Origin: Antedon mediterranea
Lineage: Eukaryota > Animalia > Echinodermata
Assembly: GCF_964355755.1 (NCBI RefSeq)
Contig: NC_092672.1
Coordinates: 19,543,237-19,607,236, forward strand
Reading direction: 5' to 3'
DNA: 64,000 nt
Position 1 is the stretch's first letter; every line of letters starts with the position of its first letter. The notes beneath the pieces were generated by a model. That model saw only the letters and a program-made list of their open reading frames with translations, was not told the DNA's origin and ran no database searches. The position numbers and the translations under genes were made by a program. This document shows positions 1 to 15,100 of this stretch, one piece after another.

Positions 1-3000
1 TTTGAAATAATGATTTCGATCTGTAAAATATCTTTTTAACCACGCTATGAAAGGCCCCAAAATACCATAACGAAACAACTAGAAAATATCATGGTTAACA
101 ACATCAAAAGTTTTTGATAAATCTAGAAAAGTACTTTCAAATGCAGTATTAACAGAATTATATTAGTGAGTTCAAGAAAAGCATGACAAGTGGTATTGTA
201 TGCATACATTTTTCATTATATTTTTGAAAAAATGGGTAAAATTAAGATTGGTATAAAAGTATCTATTTTTAAATACAGGATTTACATTTAATATGATTAG
301 GTACAGAACCCATCATGAATGATTAATTAATGGCGTATGTGAGATGGCTTATAATTAATGGAGCAACCTTTTTAAGAATCATGCTCTGAACCTTTACTAG
401 AATTCAAATTATTAATTATATTAAGCACTTCTGTTTCAGATATAAATGAGAGGCTATATGGGAGGTGGTAATTAACAGATTAGGTCTTTGCCATTTTAGA
501 ATATAGAATTACAGAGTTTTACAAATGTGGCTATACTTTTTATCTTGAAATATTTGAACTTTTATGAATTTTTAAAAGTTTATGTTAATGTTTACTAAAT
601 TTATTTAGGTGGGGTGTGTAGAGGGTGTCATCAATAGTTGTTTTAGTGTTTTGGTTTTTTTTTAACTTCAAAAAGTATATAAAAAAATGTATCCAACATT
701 AGGATTAACTGTACAGTTTAGACGAATCAGTTTGAGAAAGATAAAAGCAAAATGCACCTATATCTGTAATTCAGTATCAATGGTCAAGAACGTCAACCTT
801 ATTGAAAGTTAATCATAATCAATTATTTTTGAAATAGGTAAATGATCAGAGATGTCTGAATTGTAATACCTGATGAAATATCAATCCATAAGACCATAAT
901 TTAACATCAAATAAATAGTCATAAAATTAAATCTTCTTTATTTTAATATATTCCTCTTTTTGTTTTCTTTTGAAAAAGGTTTTAATACACCAAGAAAAAA
1001 AAACACAAATATAAACATCTACCCTGTATACACATGGGGTCAGATCATCTTTCTATTTGACCTATTCGCTTCCCTTCAATATCTACATCCGTCGCTAGGA
1101 CAGAATAATCTGGATTTTTTTGTTTTACATTAATCCAAGTTAATCAACTACCACACTTTATTTCAAATAATAACATTTTTTAGCTTAATTATTTTTTTGT
1201 TAAATGGCTGCATAATTAGTTATCCACACCTTGGCGGATAACTCCTTGTGATTGTATAAAATCATCATCAACTTTTTTTATCTGTATTATTCTTCTTTCA
1301 TTCCATATTTCATAACTTTGTATAGTTTTGTGCACCTCCTACTTTTTAAAAATGTCAGAGTTGCGCAACATGACTTTCGCACGATTTTATGAATTTAAAT
1401 GATTGATCATAGATTAAAAACCAAACGTCATTTTGTATTGACACTTTTTAAATTTAAGTCATATCAAGAGTAACTTTCTGTGGATTGAAAATGCCATGCT
1501 TCACATAAAGTTACGCGCACAAGATTTTTTCTTATACCCAACACCTGCAATTGCTGTAACTAATAATGCGTATTTTCATTATAAGCCTTAAAAGAATTGA
1601 AAAGTCAATTAAACCATCAAATATTATTTTAATGATTTTACTGATTTTGATTTTAAATGTATTATGGCTACCCTTACAGTACATGATGGCATTGTTAACC
1701 CTATTTCACATTGACCATTCTTATTATTTGAAATACATTATGGCTACTCATACATGCTGATTGCCTTCTTAACCCTATTTCACATTGACTATTCTTTTTA
1801 TTGTACAAGTTACTAAATGTTTTAGTTTACTTAATTCACTTCCCACAACCTTAATCAATAATCACCTTGACAAATTTCAATATAAATTTACCTCCTGGTT
1901 CATCCTGTTTTTCATCACTGTTTTCCTCCTTGTACTCTATTTGCACAAACATACTTTGCCTATTATATTATTCTTAATAGTGTTGTTGTTTACAATAGTG
2001 ATGAAAGCATTAATTTTGAAAATTTCTGTAATTTCGCGTGGAAGTAATCATATTTATCTTAATTTATGTCATGTTCATCCCACCAAAATCTGATGATGAA
2101 AACAGTTACCATGAAATTAGTACTTATGTAGAAACAAGGCTATATAAAAAAGGATAGATTCAGGGTTTAACAAAATATATGACATAATCAATTCTAACCG
2201 GCTGAAAACATCTATTGAAATCCTCCATACATTATGTAGAAGAGCTGACTATTGCAATATGCTTTATTAGTTGATGCCATTCCAAAAGATTGTAAGTATA
2301 ATTAAGAATCATAACAACAATATGTCAAATTCAAATTCAAATATTCTTTATTCATCCTCAATCAAGAAAATATACAACAACAATATATGAGAACATAAAA
2401 AAAATGAAAAGGAATCACATAAAAACTCAAAAGAGCTTGATTAGTTGTGTACCCCTACGTCCCTAACTAGCCTAAAAAACTAAAACATAAATAATAAAAA
2501 AGCTGTGCATACATACTGTCTGTACATATTAAGGATGAATGTATTATAACAATTAAATAACACATAACACATAACAGCAAAATGTATACTCATGCTTTAA
2601 ATCAAAAGCTATTACTTCTCGTGTTTTGAACAAATGGAATGTTGCTCTCAACGCCCAAAACATAAATCCGATAAAGAAGGTGAAAAATGAAAAAATATAC
2701 TAAATTATAAAACATTACATAAAATTGTTTCAACTAACTTACAGCTGTATCTGGAAATTGAAAAAAATGAATGTTATATATGTGTTATTGAAAATGAAAA
2801 GCATATGTTCTTATATTGTATACATAACAAACATTTTTATAGGAATAGACAATAGCAGAAGTTCATTTAAAGTAGGGCCTACCTCTTTAATGCAGGCTCA
2901 GATTGTCTACAGTATATACATACTGTATATACAGTGCAATGCTTTAAGTATCTAATACCTTGCAATTTTATATTCTTTTAACAATCATAAATCATACAGG

Positions 3001-6000
3001 TTTGATAATGCATTTTTTCTCATATATGTATAATTTTCTAACAATTTGAATAAAATAGGTGTTTATCAAGTCAATACTGTATTCAAATTTAGAAACAGCT
3101 TAATCACAAAATAATGGGATCATTGTGCACTTTGTAATATTAATAATTCATTATATGATGTATTGATACTTTAACACTTCTTTATTGTATCTTGAACTTT
3201 GTTGTTATCATTGATACAATAATACATGAATCAAATGTCAACAATTATAGAGCATTCATATTAACAGTTAATGTTGACTGATATGATTTTACTGTACCTT
3301 TCATCTCATCTTGAAAATTAAAAAAGTAAATAAAAATTAATCAAATATTAAAAATAATTTAAATATAAAGCTGATGATATTGATTGCAATTTGCCTAATG
3401 AGGTTTGATGATGAAAATAAGAATTCAGCAGGGTGAATTTTCAATGCGAGATGTAGGCATAAGTAATAATAACCTGTCATTCTTTTAAAATACAAAATAA
3501 ATTTGCAAATTGATGGTAAATACCATTTTAAAAGAGTTTATATGAAAGTATTTGTATGAAAAAATTGAATTATCATATGCATTTATTATTTTTAGAATGG
3601 ATCAACACCTCTGATTGAAGCTGCAAATAGGGGTTTTCACGAAGTCTGCTTGGTCCTTCTCAATAAGGGAGCTGATGCAAATCAACAAAACAAGGTACTT
3701 TCACACATTGTATTTTAAAAATTTTTAAATACATAGGTGGACAGTACATACTAATAACAATTTATGTTTTGTCATTGATAATGGGATTGTAGGATAATTC
3801 AAAATTATTACTAGTTCAAAATCTAGACTAGTAGTATATTTAATTTGTTTGAAAATGTATACCACAAATATTTGTTGACATGTGCACAACAAATAGTTTG
3901 TTTATTTTGCCTAATTTATCACTCAACTTTGTTACTCTATTTTGTAAAGAAATTAATCAGAGCCTTATCATTAAATGTTTACATTATTTATATGCAGTAT
4001 GTTTATTTACATATTTCTTGGTAGCAGAAATGAAGCTCACCTTATTCTGTCATATTTCCTCACAGTGGTTTGAATTCAGTACATTGCATTTCATATGCCG
4101 TTTCTTATACCTTACTGTACTGTATATTTTTCCCCCTTGACCATAACAAATATTTAAACTTCAATTTAAAAAAAACAATTCTTCTTTTCTATTGTTTGTA
4201 GAATACTGATACTACTATGTCTTGTCACTCAATAAATATTATTTACCACCAAAAACGTACATTGCCTCATACTTACCTATATTTTCCGAGAACTTTACTT
4301 TTACCTGGAAAATGATTTAAATGAAAAGAAGAATAATTACCCAAAAAAGGTGAAAATCATTATGTAGTTAAATGTAATAATGAGGGCACAATTATTGTTG
4401 TTATTTTTTAGCCATTTCATGCATGGATTACCACAATGCTTTCTTATTTATGTTATAATCTGTTTTTAAAAATGATTTGATAATAAATATCTGCTAATTA
4501 ATTAATTAATGTATGTTTAAAATAAAAAAAAACAAAAATGAAATTAATTCTAAATAGGCCATGTGGTTTTTCTTGGTCAGAATAGCATATAGCTTGTTAG
4601 ATTGAATTAATTAATGGAGGTTTGCGCAGGGTTTTTGGGGTTTGTGCAGTTTAGCAATACCCCTGTGTTATTGATCTTGATCATCAAGTTAGTGAGGGTT
4701 TTAATATATTCCTGTCAGTCTGAATGGCAATATGCTATATGGTGACAAAAATAATAATACATAGCCATGTCCTATATTGAATCCCAAATTCATAAGTTTT
4801 TATGTAGACTTTGACAATATTATTTGCATACAAACCAGCAGCCACTTCCAGAAATGAGGCACTTTTGCGCTACCTAACAGGTAAAAGGCAACGCAATAGG
4901 GGGCGCAATTGCGTTTGCAAAGGAGTTCACAATAACACTAGAAGCTAAGTTTCTCAAAGGTATGACCCCTTTTAGCAATGGGCTTAGCATCCAGTGAAGC
5001 TAAAATCCTCTCTAAAATTGTGCGATAAATCGTGACATTTTGATGCCGGACATAACTACTAATTTCACCCCATCATTTCCCACACTTGTGTTACCAAGTC
5101 CTTGGTAATATACCTCATAAATGCTGCACCTCCCCGTATGGAAATATTTAACAGTGGCTTTTATATTCATACAGCAGAAACTGGATAACAAGATATGAAG
5201 CAACAAACAAAAATTTATATAAAAATATCTTACACAAAGAATGAATAGGTTCACATTAAAAAAAACTTATACATTCACTTTGTGATTGGCCATTGTATTG
5301 GTCTAAGTTTAAAAATGACTTCACAAGCTTTGTTCAATCGCATTTTAAAAATAAACTTTCAATGAACAATTCTGATAATTATTAGAACTGTGCATACACT
5401 GGACTTATACAAATGCACAGATTAATTGTTTGTTTTTTATAATCGTCTACCGACTACTGTATCATGTAAAACTTTTAGGTTCCTTACTCCAAACATGACT
5501 TTGAGTTAACAACTCATAAACTATTATTTTTTTTATTGTTGAAAGAGAAATTGAACTTGAATGTATCACCTGGTTTCTACTTACCGTATACATCCTTGAA
5601 ACTCATCAAGATGCAGATACAATCACTCATAAAGTTATACAATTTATTGTAATACTTCCTATTATATTGTATACGCATATTTCTTTTAATGCAAAATCAA
5701 TCTGCAAATGTTGCATGGTTCTTATCATCAGACCAGGTACATTGCACCTACTTTTATTTCATACTTTTTTCAAACTCATTGTCAACAGTTCTTAAACAAA
5801 ATTGACTTCATTGTCTGTTTAAATATTTTGATTTTGATTATTATAATTTTTGATATGAATTGATTTTTTGTAAAACAACATAATATTAAGTACGATCTAG
5901 TGAGTGAGTGGCCGAGCGGTTAAGACAGTGGAACCGTAATTACGTAGCCATAACATCGGCAGGGGTTCGAGGCTCACTCACTCCATGGGTCTGGTGGTAG

Positions 6001-6178
6001 AACGAGTCTTCTCGGATAAGGACTATAAACCGTAGGTCTAGTGTACACATCTAGCTCGTGTGCACTTTAAAGAACCTAGTACATCTTTCGAGACGATCAG
6101 TAGGGGGTTACCCCGGTGTATTAGTACATCACAGCCACTGATCACCAACTGGGCCCTCTGGGAGATCAGTCTTTGACT
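1..6178 (+). repeat. Recent segmental duplication, copy 1 (extends beyond window start)
   Basis: Colinear with 27415..33592. Only three substitutions noticed by eye (585/27999, 5675/33089, 6166/33580). Confidence 0.97.
3596..3694 (+). CDS. Ankyrin-repeat exon A (99 nt, phase 0/0)
   Basis: ttttag|...|gtactt; NGSTPLIEAANRGFHEVCLVLLNKGADANQQNK, one canonical 33-aa ankyrin repeat. Confidence 0.93.
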
Positions 6179-9100
6179 GAAGAGGTTACCCAGTATAAAG
6201 ATAAAACAAACAAACAATGTGTTTTTTGTTTACCGTTTATAATTACATTTTTAAACAATAATCCTTCAAATTCTAAATAGCCTATAGGCCTGTAACTTAC
6301 CTTACAAAATACTTTGTACCTTTATTATCATAAATATTCTGATAATAAATGTTCTGATCATGTTATTTATAGTTTACCCATTAGTCTAGCCTAGCTTGAC
6401 TGTTCCTTCTTCATCCTCATTCACCGCAATTTTCCGAATTAGGCCTAGCCTTGCACACAAAGCAATATTCATAATTATATTAATTATTATTATATTATTA
6501 TTGAGTATGGTGGTGTGATAAACATTTTAATAAATATATGCACAAAATAGTTTTCACATTGTGTCTGGAGAGACCAAAATAATAATAATATATATGCCTA
6601 GGCCCAGTAAAGCTTAGTATCAAAGACCTAGCCTACGTAGGATACGCACGGCGGGGGCGGGTGTGGTAGGCTAGACTGATGAGGAAGGGGGAGGGCCGGG
6701 GAGTCTGGCAAGGCAGGCTGCTGTACCTTTTTGACTTGCAATGCTACACAAATATGAGCTTCTTAATATCATATAACCATAACATCTTTATTATTTTGTC
6801 TGTTTTTGTTATTGGATGCATCCATACATATGGGGAATAGAAAGTGACCGCAATTAGGGCAAGGCGCCTGGGGGTAATGAGGTATCAAACTGACTGATTG
6901 TACTGTGAAGTTTTAAACTATAATTGTAACAGGTATTCTGTATTTACTAGTATAAGATATGTTTTTATTCAACTGTGATATTTTATGTAAAGGTTGTCAT
7001 TTTGTTTTTTGTTTTATTATTAACAAAAATGTGCATTTCTCTAACATATTTATTTTTTAAATGTTAAATAGAATGGCGATACAGCATTGCATGTGGGTGC
7101 AGGATATGGTCATGTCGATGTCTGCCAAATGTTGGTAGACATGGCAGCAGCAGTGGACCAACAAAATCATGTAAGTCATAAATTAATTTTTGCATTGAGA
7201 ACCATTCAGGATCAGAATCCTAAATTTTATTCATTTTAGTTTAAAATGCTTGTTCCTCAAACAGAATAGCACAAAATGTAGCCTAAGAATGTAATTATTT
7301 TATTATGGTATAGAGGCTACTTGTTAATACCTTCATATTTTTTTCTTATTTGAAATTTTTATTAAATTGTCTAACTATTCTACATCTTGAATTTAACATA
7401 TTTATACCATCAAGATTGTGCAGACAAGTCAACATTAACAAAAAAAATAAACAAGTTTAAAATGCTATTTTTTGGGCTATTAAAAAGCTGCAGTTAATCT
7501 AGCAATCATTTGGTGGATTACTGTAATTTAGTTATTCTCTATTAAATAAATGTCATGAAAACTATAGCGCTTAGATTGCTTAGTGCTTGAAGTTGCTTGT
7601 TGGTATGACAACTACAACTAATGCAGATCCTGCATTGTATCTGTCTCAGAATATTCTTGTTTAATCAATCTTTTTTAAACTTTTTTAATCATTACATTAG
7701 TAATGCTCATTTTAATACACGATTAAAATATTATTGAATGCATTTCATGCATTTCTCATTTGTTTCATGCTGCACAATTTTGATGTGTCAGGCACGTGTC
7801 TGATGGTAATGGTATCTTGGACCTTGTGTGAATGGATAAAAGGCAAACAACTTTGGGGAATACATTTTTGTTATACTGATGTTGTCACAAAAGTTTGTAG
7901 TTTTTCTGATTTCAGGATATGTTATTTGTAAAGTAATGGCATAAAATTTAAACTGAATTCAAATTGAATCAAATATTAAACTTCTTCTTCTACTAAAATG
8001 TAGAGTAGACATTACTCTATACATTGATATAAAGAATTAAATGTTTGAACAAGAAAAACTGTACTTTTAGCTATTTTTTTATCATACCCTACCTAAAATT
8101 GTTTAATAATCTAGAACTCAGTGTTTTGTTAACTTGTGTTCGTACATATTCATAGCTATAAACATGTGCATAACGATGCTTAAATTAAACAGAGTTATAG
8201 GCCTACCTATTATATATTATATATGAGAATTTTATATAAATCATACTGTAAATTATAGAAACAGTGCTCATATTCGGAACATAATCTCATAATAGCTCAT
8301 TGGCGAAAGTTCCATACTTTTTAGTTGTATGAAATAATGTCTCTGGCGGGATTCGAACATGCAACCTCTCGCTTACAGAGCGAGTATCATACCACTAGAC
8401 CACAGAGCCATATATGTTATTTTCACAGATTTTCTCTCATACAACAAATGATATGGACATGTTCATTATTTAAAGATGTATTGTCCCCCTGAACAATTTT
8501 TTTTTACATTTTTTTGTTGATTATGCCATTTTAATATCATATAATAGTTATCAACTTTGACCAAAACTTGGATTGGAAAAAAAATTATTTACCTGAAAAA
8601 ACTGTAATTTAAAGCAAACAAGTCAAATTGCCTGCCAGCCAATGGATTTTTGGTTTGGTGTCATTGTAGTGAAAACATGATTTTTTCTTCGTTTTTTTCT
8701 ACGCAATTGATTAACTTGATTAAAACTACAAATAACCTATGAAAGTCTGATGTAATTATTCTTCATTTTTTCACGTGGGGGACAATACATCTTTAAAAAA
8801 ACATAACCTAATGTCCTTGTTCTACATGGAACCCCCGCAGTTTAAACGCGGACAAAACCACAGAAGAATAGCTTCTCTTTGTTGAGCTATACTTGCTCAC
8901 TTTATTTCTATCCATCCGTTCATCCGGTAAACTAAAATAAAAACAAACAGAGAAACAATTGACACGGCGCCGTGAAGCACGTCTCTAACGTATACTACGG
9001 CTTATCATACATAATTCGCCGTTAACATGGGCATACTATCATCATTATGTCTATCAAACCTAACTAATTCATAAGTAAATAATAATATAAGATTGTCTCC

Positions 9101-12100
9101 ACACGGAGCATTAAAGGTGTACAACAACGTTAATACAACGTATCGCCTATTGTGCACAGCTCTCATACCATGAACAGTGACTACAAGACAACAAACCGTG
9201 ACTAGCCTAATTTACATATCAAGGTATCAAGGTGCGATGTACATAACATGGTTCCCTGCAAAGATAAATTATGAAACTGACAGTATCATCACTTTTGCTT
9301 TGCATACACAACAATAGTGGCTCCTTGACGGGGAATTGATTACAATAATACTAACTACTGACATTCAATGATTGACGTTTCTCCTTCATCTAAATGTTCA
9401 AGCAGTATAATTGTTATAATGTTTTTTTATTGAGAATTGTCCTATAATTTCACACATAAATTAATTATTCCCTCAGATTTGAAATCAAAATAAAATGTAC
9501 ATTGACTTAGTAATGTATTTAATAATTGCCCTGATTCAATACACAACTATTAACTTAGATTGTATACTGGCTTTTTCTTTTATCCAAATGTAATATGAAA
9601 AACATAAGCACTCATTTTGAGGACTTGTGATGAGTTGAAAAACAAATAACAACATTATCAAGTTAAAGTTCAATACAATTTTTAGTCCCGTGGACGCGAC
9701 TCTATAGTTCACTATGTAGGTTGGTCGGTCTGTCGGTCTGTCTGTCGGTCCGTCGGTCCGGTATCACTATGCGTTTTAGCACGCGACTTATGGATGTTGG
9801 CCTTGTTTTCGTAATAGTCAAATGAATACAAAACAGAAAATATATGTAAGTTACACAATTTGTTTAAAAAGTAGCATGAAAACATATAAAATAAAATGTG
9901 ATTAAAGGTAATGACCATTACAGGAACCAGAACTTAAAATAAATAAATAAAATCAACAGAAATATAGAAAATAGCATATTATTTTCATCAGAAAAATTAT
10001 TATATAAAACTTTTTCTAATTAGAAACAATGGTTAAATGAAGACTATTCCACTTATATTTGAGGTAAAACATAAGTTTTTGTTTAAAATAATTGCCAAAC
10101 TCTGCAATCCTCCAAAAAACATAGCAAACCTCATTTAAACAACAAAAAAGTGATTGAATAAGTTGTGTACAACTCACTTGGTTTGTCAATTAAAATGTAA
10201 ATATATTTTTGTTAAATACTTAAATTTGTGGTTAAGCATCATTTTTGGGTTTAAAAAATAATTTCTAAACCTTCACTCTCGAATTAGAGGGGGCGTAATG
10301 ACCAGCCCAAACAATGTTACAGTACTGTATAAGTAAAACATTTTACTTTAATTTCTTTAGAATACTAATAAATTTAGATATTTTATTCGATAAAAATTGT
10401 TGGCAGCCAATAATCCAATTAAAAGACCAAGGAATGCTTCACTTATTAATTTCCATTACAAAAATATAACAATTGTTGTGTGTAAGTTTATATCTAATAC
10501 AATTAGTTTTAGCCGTATTAATTAATAATTGGTTTGTAGTGAACCATTCACTAACTTACTTAACTCTAAATTTAAAAAGTTTAACAATACATCAATATTG
10601 AAATAAAGTTGTATATAGCGAAACAACTTGAAAATATCATGGATAACAACATCAAAAGTTTTTGATAAATCTAGAAAAGTACTTAATGAAATTAATTGTT
10701 TTTAAATGCAGTATTAACAGAATCAGTGAGTTCAAGAAAAGCATGACAAGTGGTATGGTATGCATACATTTTTCAATATTTTTTTTTTAAATGGTTAAAA
10801 TTAAGATTGGTATATATTAAAATATAAAGTACTGTATATCCGTTTTGAAATACAAGATTAACTTAAAATTTTAATATGATTAGGTAAATAACCCATCATG
10901 AATGATTAATTAATGCCGTGTGTGAGATGGCTTATAATTAAGGAGCAACCTTTTTAAGAATCATGCTCTGAACCTTTACTAGAATTCAAATTACTAATTA
11001 TATTAAGCACTTCTGTTTCAGATATAAATGAGAGGCTTTATGGGAGGTAGTAATTAAGAGATTAGGTCTTTGGTATTTTTAGGTTAGAATTACAGAGTTT
11101 TACACATTTTTTAAAAATAATGTAATTACATTCTGGCTAATTAGGTTTGTATCATAAAAATATTCATCATTAATTTTTTTAACATGAGGTGTATCTTTAC
11201 TTTTTTAACCGGGATTAATTACAGAATGTATTACTTCTCATTTGTTATATGTTACATTTAATCTGATTGAATTTAGTTTTGTAGCATTTTTTTCTTTGAA
11301 ATTTTACAGAGTGCAGTAATATTGTTGCTATACTTTTTATATCTTGAGATATTTGAACATTTATGAATTTGTTAAAGTTTATGCTTAACTGTATAGTTTA
11401 GACGAATCAGTTTGAGAAAGATCAAAGCAAAATGCCCCTATATCTCTATATGTGCCAAAAGGGTAAAAACCCCTTAATGCAGGCTACCGTTAGACCACCT
11501 CTGGGCCTAGTAAAATTGCAGTACTATTACCGTCACGGTCGTACTGTAAGCCTGATCTGTGTGAAGAGTCCACGATATAAGGCCTGCTTACGCAGCGAAG
11601 CATTGATAAATTTGGGACATTGTACTTGATTGAGAAAGACTGTGGCAATTATTTTAGGTCAAATTATTAGATTATATCAATATATATTTGTTTAGGTTAA
11701 ATAATACAATGGAAGAATACGGGCAATAATAATAAAAATATAACAGATGTTGGTCCAAAGATTATTTAACTTGCTGTAACGTACGTAAGCCTATAGGCCC
11801 TAGTAAGCATAGTTCTAGCGGGAATATCCTCTGGTGTGCGCGCCTGGTGCTAGCTTTTAACAGCTTCTGATAATTAAATTCGCGTCTATTTGTAGGCTTG
11901 TTTCTGTATAATGGCCATCACGATCGGGCAGTTAGTAGCACGGAGTGGTGATGGGCAAAAATATAGGTTTTATGCATCATAATAAAAACCAATAAAACTA
12001 AACGACAGACACACCAAACCACATCAGTAAACATGTGCGCGCATGGCATGTTTTAGACTTGCCCCAAGTCTGTATTATCTTTTTTTTTTATTTATTTGTT

Positions 12101-15100
12101 TTTATTTCGACCGCGATTTTTGTCTGAAAATACAGACTTGTGAAACACGTATAGAAATCGATTTGCAGACCGCAAACAAACGATAAGAATGACGTATGTT
12201 ATCATACCGTATTGGCTATATGGGGCGGGCGGTATGTAAATATGGATTTCGAATCAACCAATGATCATTGTGTTTCAAAATGAAAGAGATCGAGTATGTA
12301 CGATCGAGACTGTTGAAATATAAAATAGTAATGCCAAGTTGTTTTGTTTATTAATTGTTTAGTCCTTGGCCTAGGCCTCTTTCGTAGGTCCTACTGAACT
12401 CGCACGTATGACCTGCCAAATAAAACGCCAATGAAGTAGGCCTACATACCACCGTCACACAACAGGGCTACACCACCACCACACAGAACAGGACTGGGTC
12501 TGGGTGGGAATTAGATCAAAATTATCTCCGCGTAATAAATGATCCATTCAATGTTTGATTTGCGGAGAAGCTAGCCTATCATATATATCAAGACGAGTTT
12601 TCATGTTTCAAAGATCCCATCAAATGTTTACCAGACTACTAGGCATATGAAATAATTTCTAGCCTTCAGAACTTTCATAAATGTACCCAAGTACACATTA
12701 TCTAAACGTGACATAGCGCATGCGCATCATCTTAGTTGTTGAGTCTTTGAAATTCTGAAATATGAATATTTAAACGGTGTACACGAGAGAGTCGCCAATC
12801 GCATGCAGCTGAAACTAGTCAACCGGATAATCGTATGCACCAAGAATTCTTGGTGTCAAACCACGTGACTTGTGCGTGTTTCCCCAGACGGAGTATCCAA
12901 AATCAAGTAGTATACGTATGAAACGCCATATGTGCCAAAATATTTATCTTTTAACTAATATTAAGACAAAACTCCGTCTGGAACCCAGACTAGGCATGTT
13001 TCGTCGGCAGTACCCTCCATTTTTTTTTCTAAAAAAGTGCGACCTCTATTTTATGAAGACAGTAATCTTTAAATATTGCGCCTTTTCACTGTGGCCTTTC
13101 ACACAGAAAATGGTAAAATAACGGCAATAATACCGGCAATAATACCGGCTTGCTTATTGGGATATTGCCGCAATTCTATGTGAAAAGGGCTTAATTCAGT
13201 CTGAATGGTCAGGAACATCAACCATAATCAATTATTTTTTAAATAGGTAAATGATCAGAGATGTCTGAATTGTAATACCCGATAAAATATCAAAATTGGT
13301 AGGCCTATTGTTTGTTTAAAAATAATCAATAAGTTCTGCATTAGTTTTTGTGGGAAAAAAGTACAATAGTTGATAAGATGATATAGAACAATTATTAAAT
13401 AGATTATGCTTATTAAATTTGATTAAAACAATTAATTTATAATAACCGCAAATTTCTCTATGGTATTAGATTTCAGTTGACTTGTAAATAAAGCCACTTA
13501 TAGAATTCTTTTTTGTTTAATGATTTATAAAAAGCGAATCTCATATAGTTCTTTTGTCAATAATAACTCTGGTTATATTTTTTAATAAAAAAAATCAATA
13601 ATTGTGTTCTGAAATGTTCATAACAGTTTTATTAAATACATTATGCGTATGACAAAGGTGGTGATTTGTTTAGAATTTCTGAATCATAAACTATCAATTG
13701 TATATTGTACCTACCTACTGTAAGTCATGACCAACATAGTATGTTTAAAGATTACCATTTTTAATCATTTTCCTTCATTAAATGCTTTTTCTGGATGTCG
13801 GCAGCCGGCATAAAAGTTTGTTGCCTTCATAGCCTTAGCTTTTCGAATTACAATGGATCTCTGCGGCTGCGCCTATAAATGATAATGTGTCTTAGGCATA
13901 CTGTAGATCTTCACCTTGATTTTTCCAGTTCAGTGTGCATTTTTCAATCAAAATATTATTTAAGCCAAGATCAGTTTTAAATATGTCCTTTACAAGTTGC
14001 ATTCGATCTTTTCCTTGATGTTACCAAATCTTAGGCTGTAGCATCTAGAATGCCTTTCAACTCGTAGCAATTCAGCTTCCATGTAGCTATTGTATCCTGA
14101 TCCTGTTTAGATTTGATGTTTCACACATTCATGTCAAACTACCCGTTGTAGCTTTAAATTTATCCTTAATTTTTACTTTGAAGTTCCATAACATTTCTGT
14201 TTAGCAATGCTTGTTAGCCTTGCTTTAGTGATGCTCTTTCCTTGTCAATCCTAGTATTTATCAGCTGCTAAGCTACCCATTTCACCACTCAATACATTCA
14301 TTCAACATTTTTGACTTGGGGTACCCGAGTCTAGGACTCTCTCTTCTTTTCCATCTGGATACTACAGAGCCAACTTTCAAGTCCTACTAGTTCTTTACGC
14401 ATTGTCTGCCAGCTCTGAAACATTGCATGCATATACTAGGGTAATAGGTGAACAAAGCTATAGAGAGAAAATGTTCATACTTCAATCGTCAATTATGACG
14501 TCATAAACATGGTACCAATCGAAAAAAGTGCGATTTATAAAGTACTACTCCTCCCTTATTCGTTGTAGTACTTCTGCTCCCGGAAATAGCAAAAAATAAC
14601 CGTATTTGGTAGCAAGGTTATTGATGTGTATGTGACGTTACATCCCGTCTTCTGACGTCATTACAGCTTCTTTTGCTGTACCCCAAGTATCGCACATTTG
14701 TGCTTGTTTATTCATAGCATGTTCAGTATAGGCTCAGTTTTTTTACCTATACTATGCTTTTGTGTTTTTCTTGTATTCATAGTTCGAGATAAAGCACTAA
14801 TAATGTGTTATGAATACTCAGGCTTATATTCTTAGTAAAATGTAATGACTTTAGAATGATCAACTGTTGGGAATTAAATATTATGCAGAGCAAGTATGTC
14901 TTCACTCAGAGATGTCCATAGCCCTTTAATTTTACTGTAAATAAGAATTTGAGTTCTCTACACTAAAGGTTATTCACATGACAGTATGTAATATATATAG
15001 GTAACTTTATTCCCCCAAAAAAAATTACAGTATGTAATAGTGATATGTAAAAGGAATTTAAATAATAAAGCATAATAATCAGAAATAGAAACATTTATTT

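Noticed and set aside
1566-5254. Short hydrophobic ORFs in the ORF track, and their copies at 28980-32668
   Set aside because: Low-complexity I/L/F/K translations of AT-rich intron. Their duplication reflects the segmental duplication, and the older paralog at 35160-36060 does not preserve the frames.
5902-5985. tRNA gene
   Set aside because: It is the tRNA-derived head of a SINE, continuing into a Deu-like core and simple-repeat tail.
8339-8409. Functional tRNA-Thr(TGT) gene
   Set aside because: Two T-stem mismatches, one acceptor-stem mismatch, C33, and a Pro-like body.
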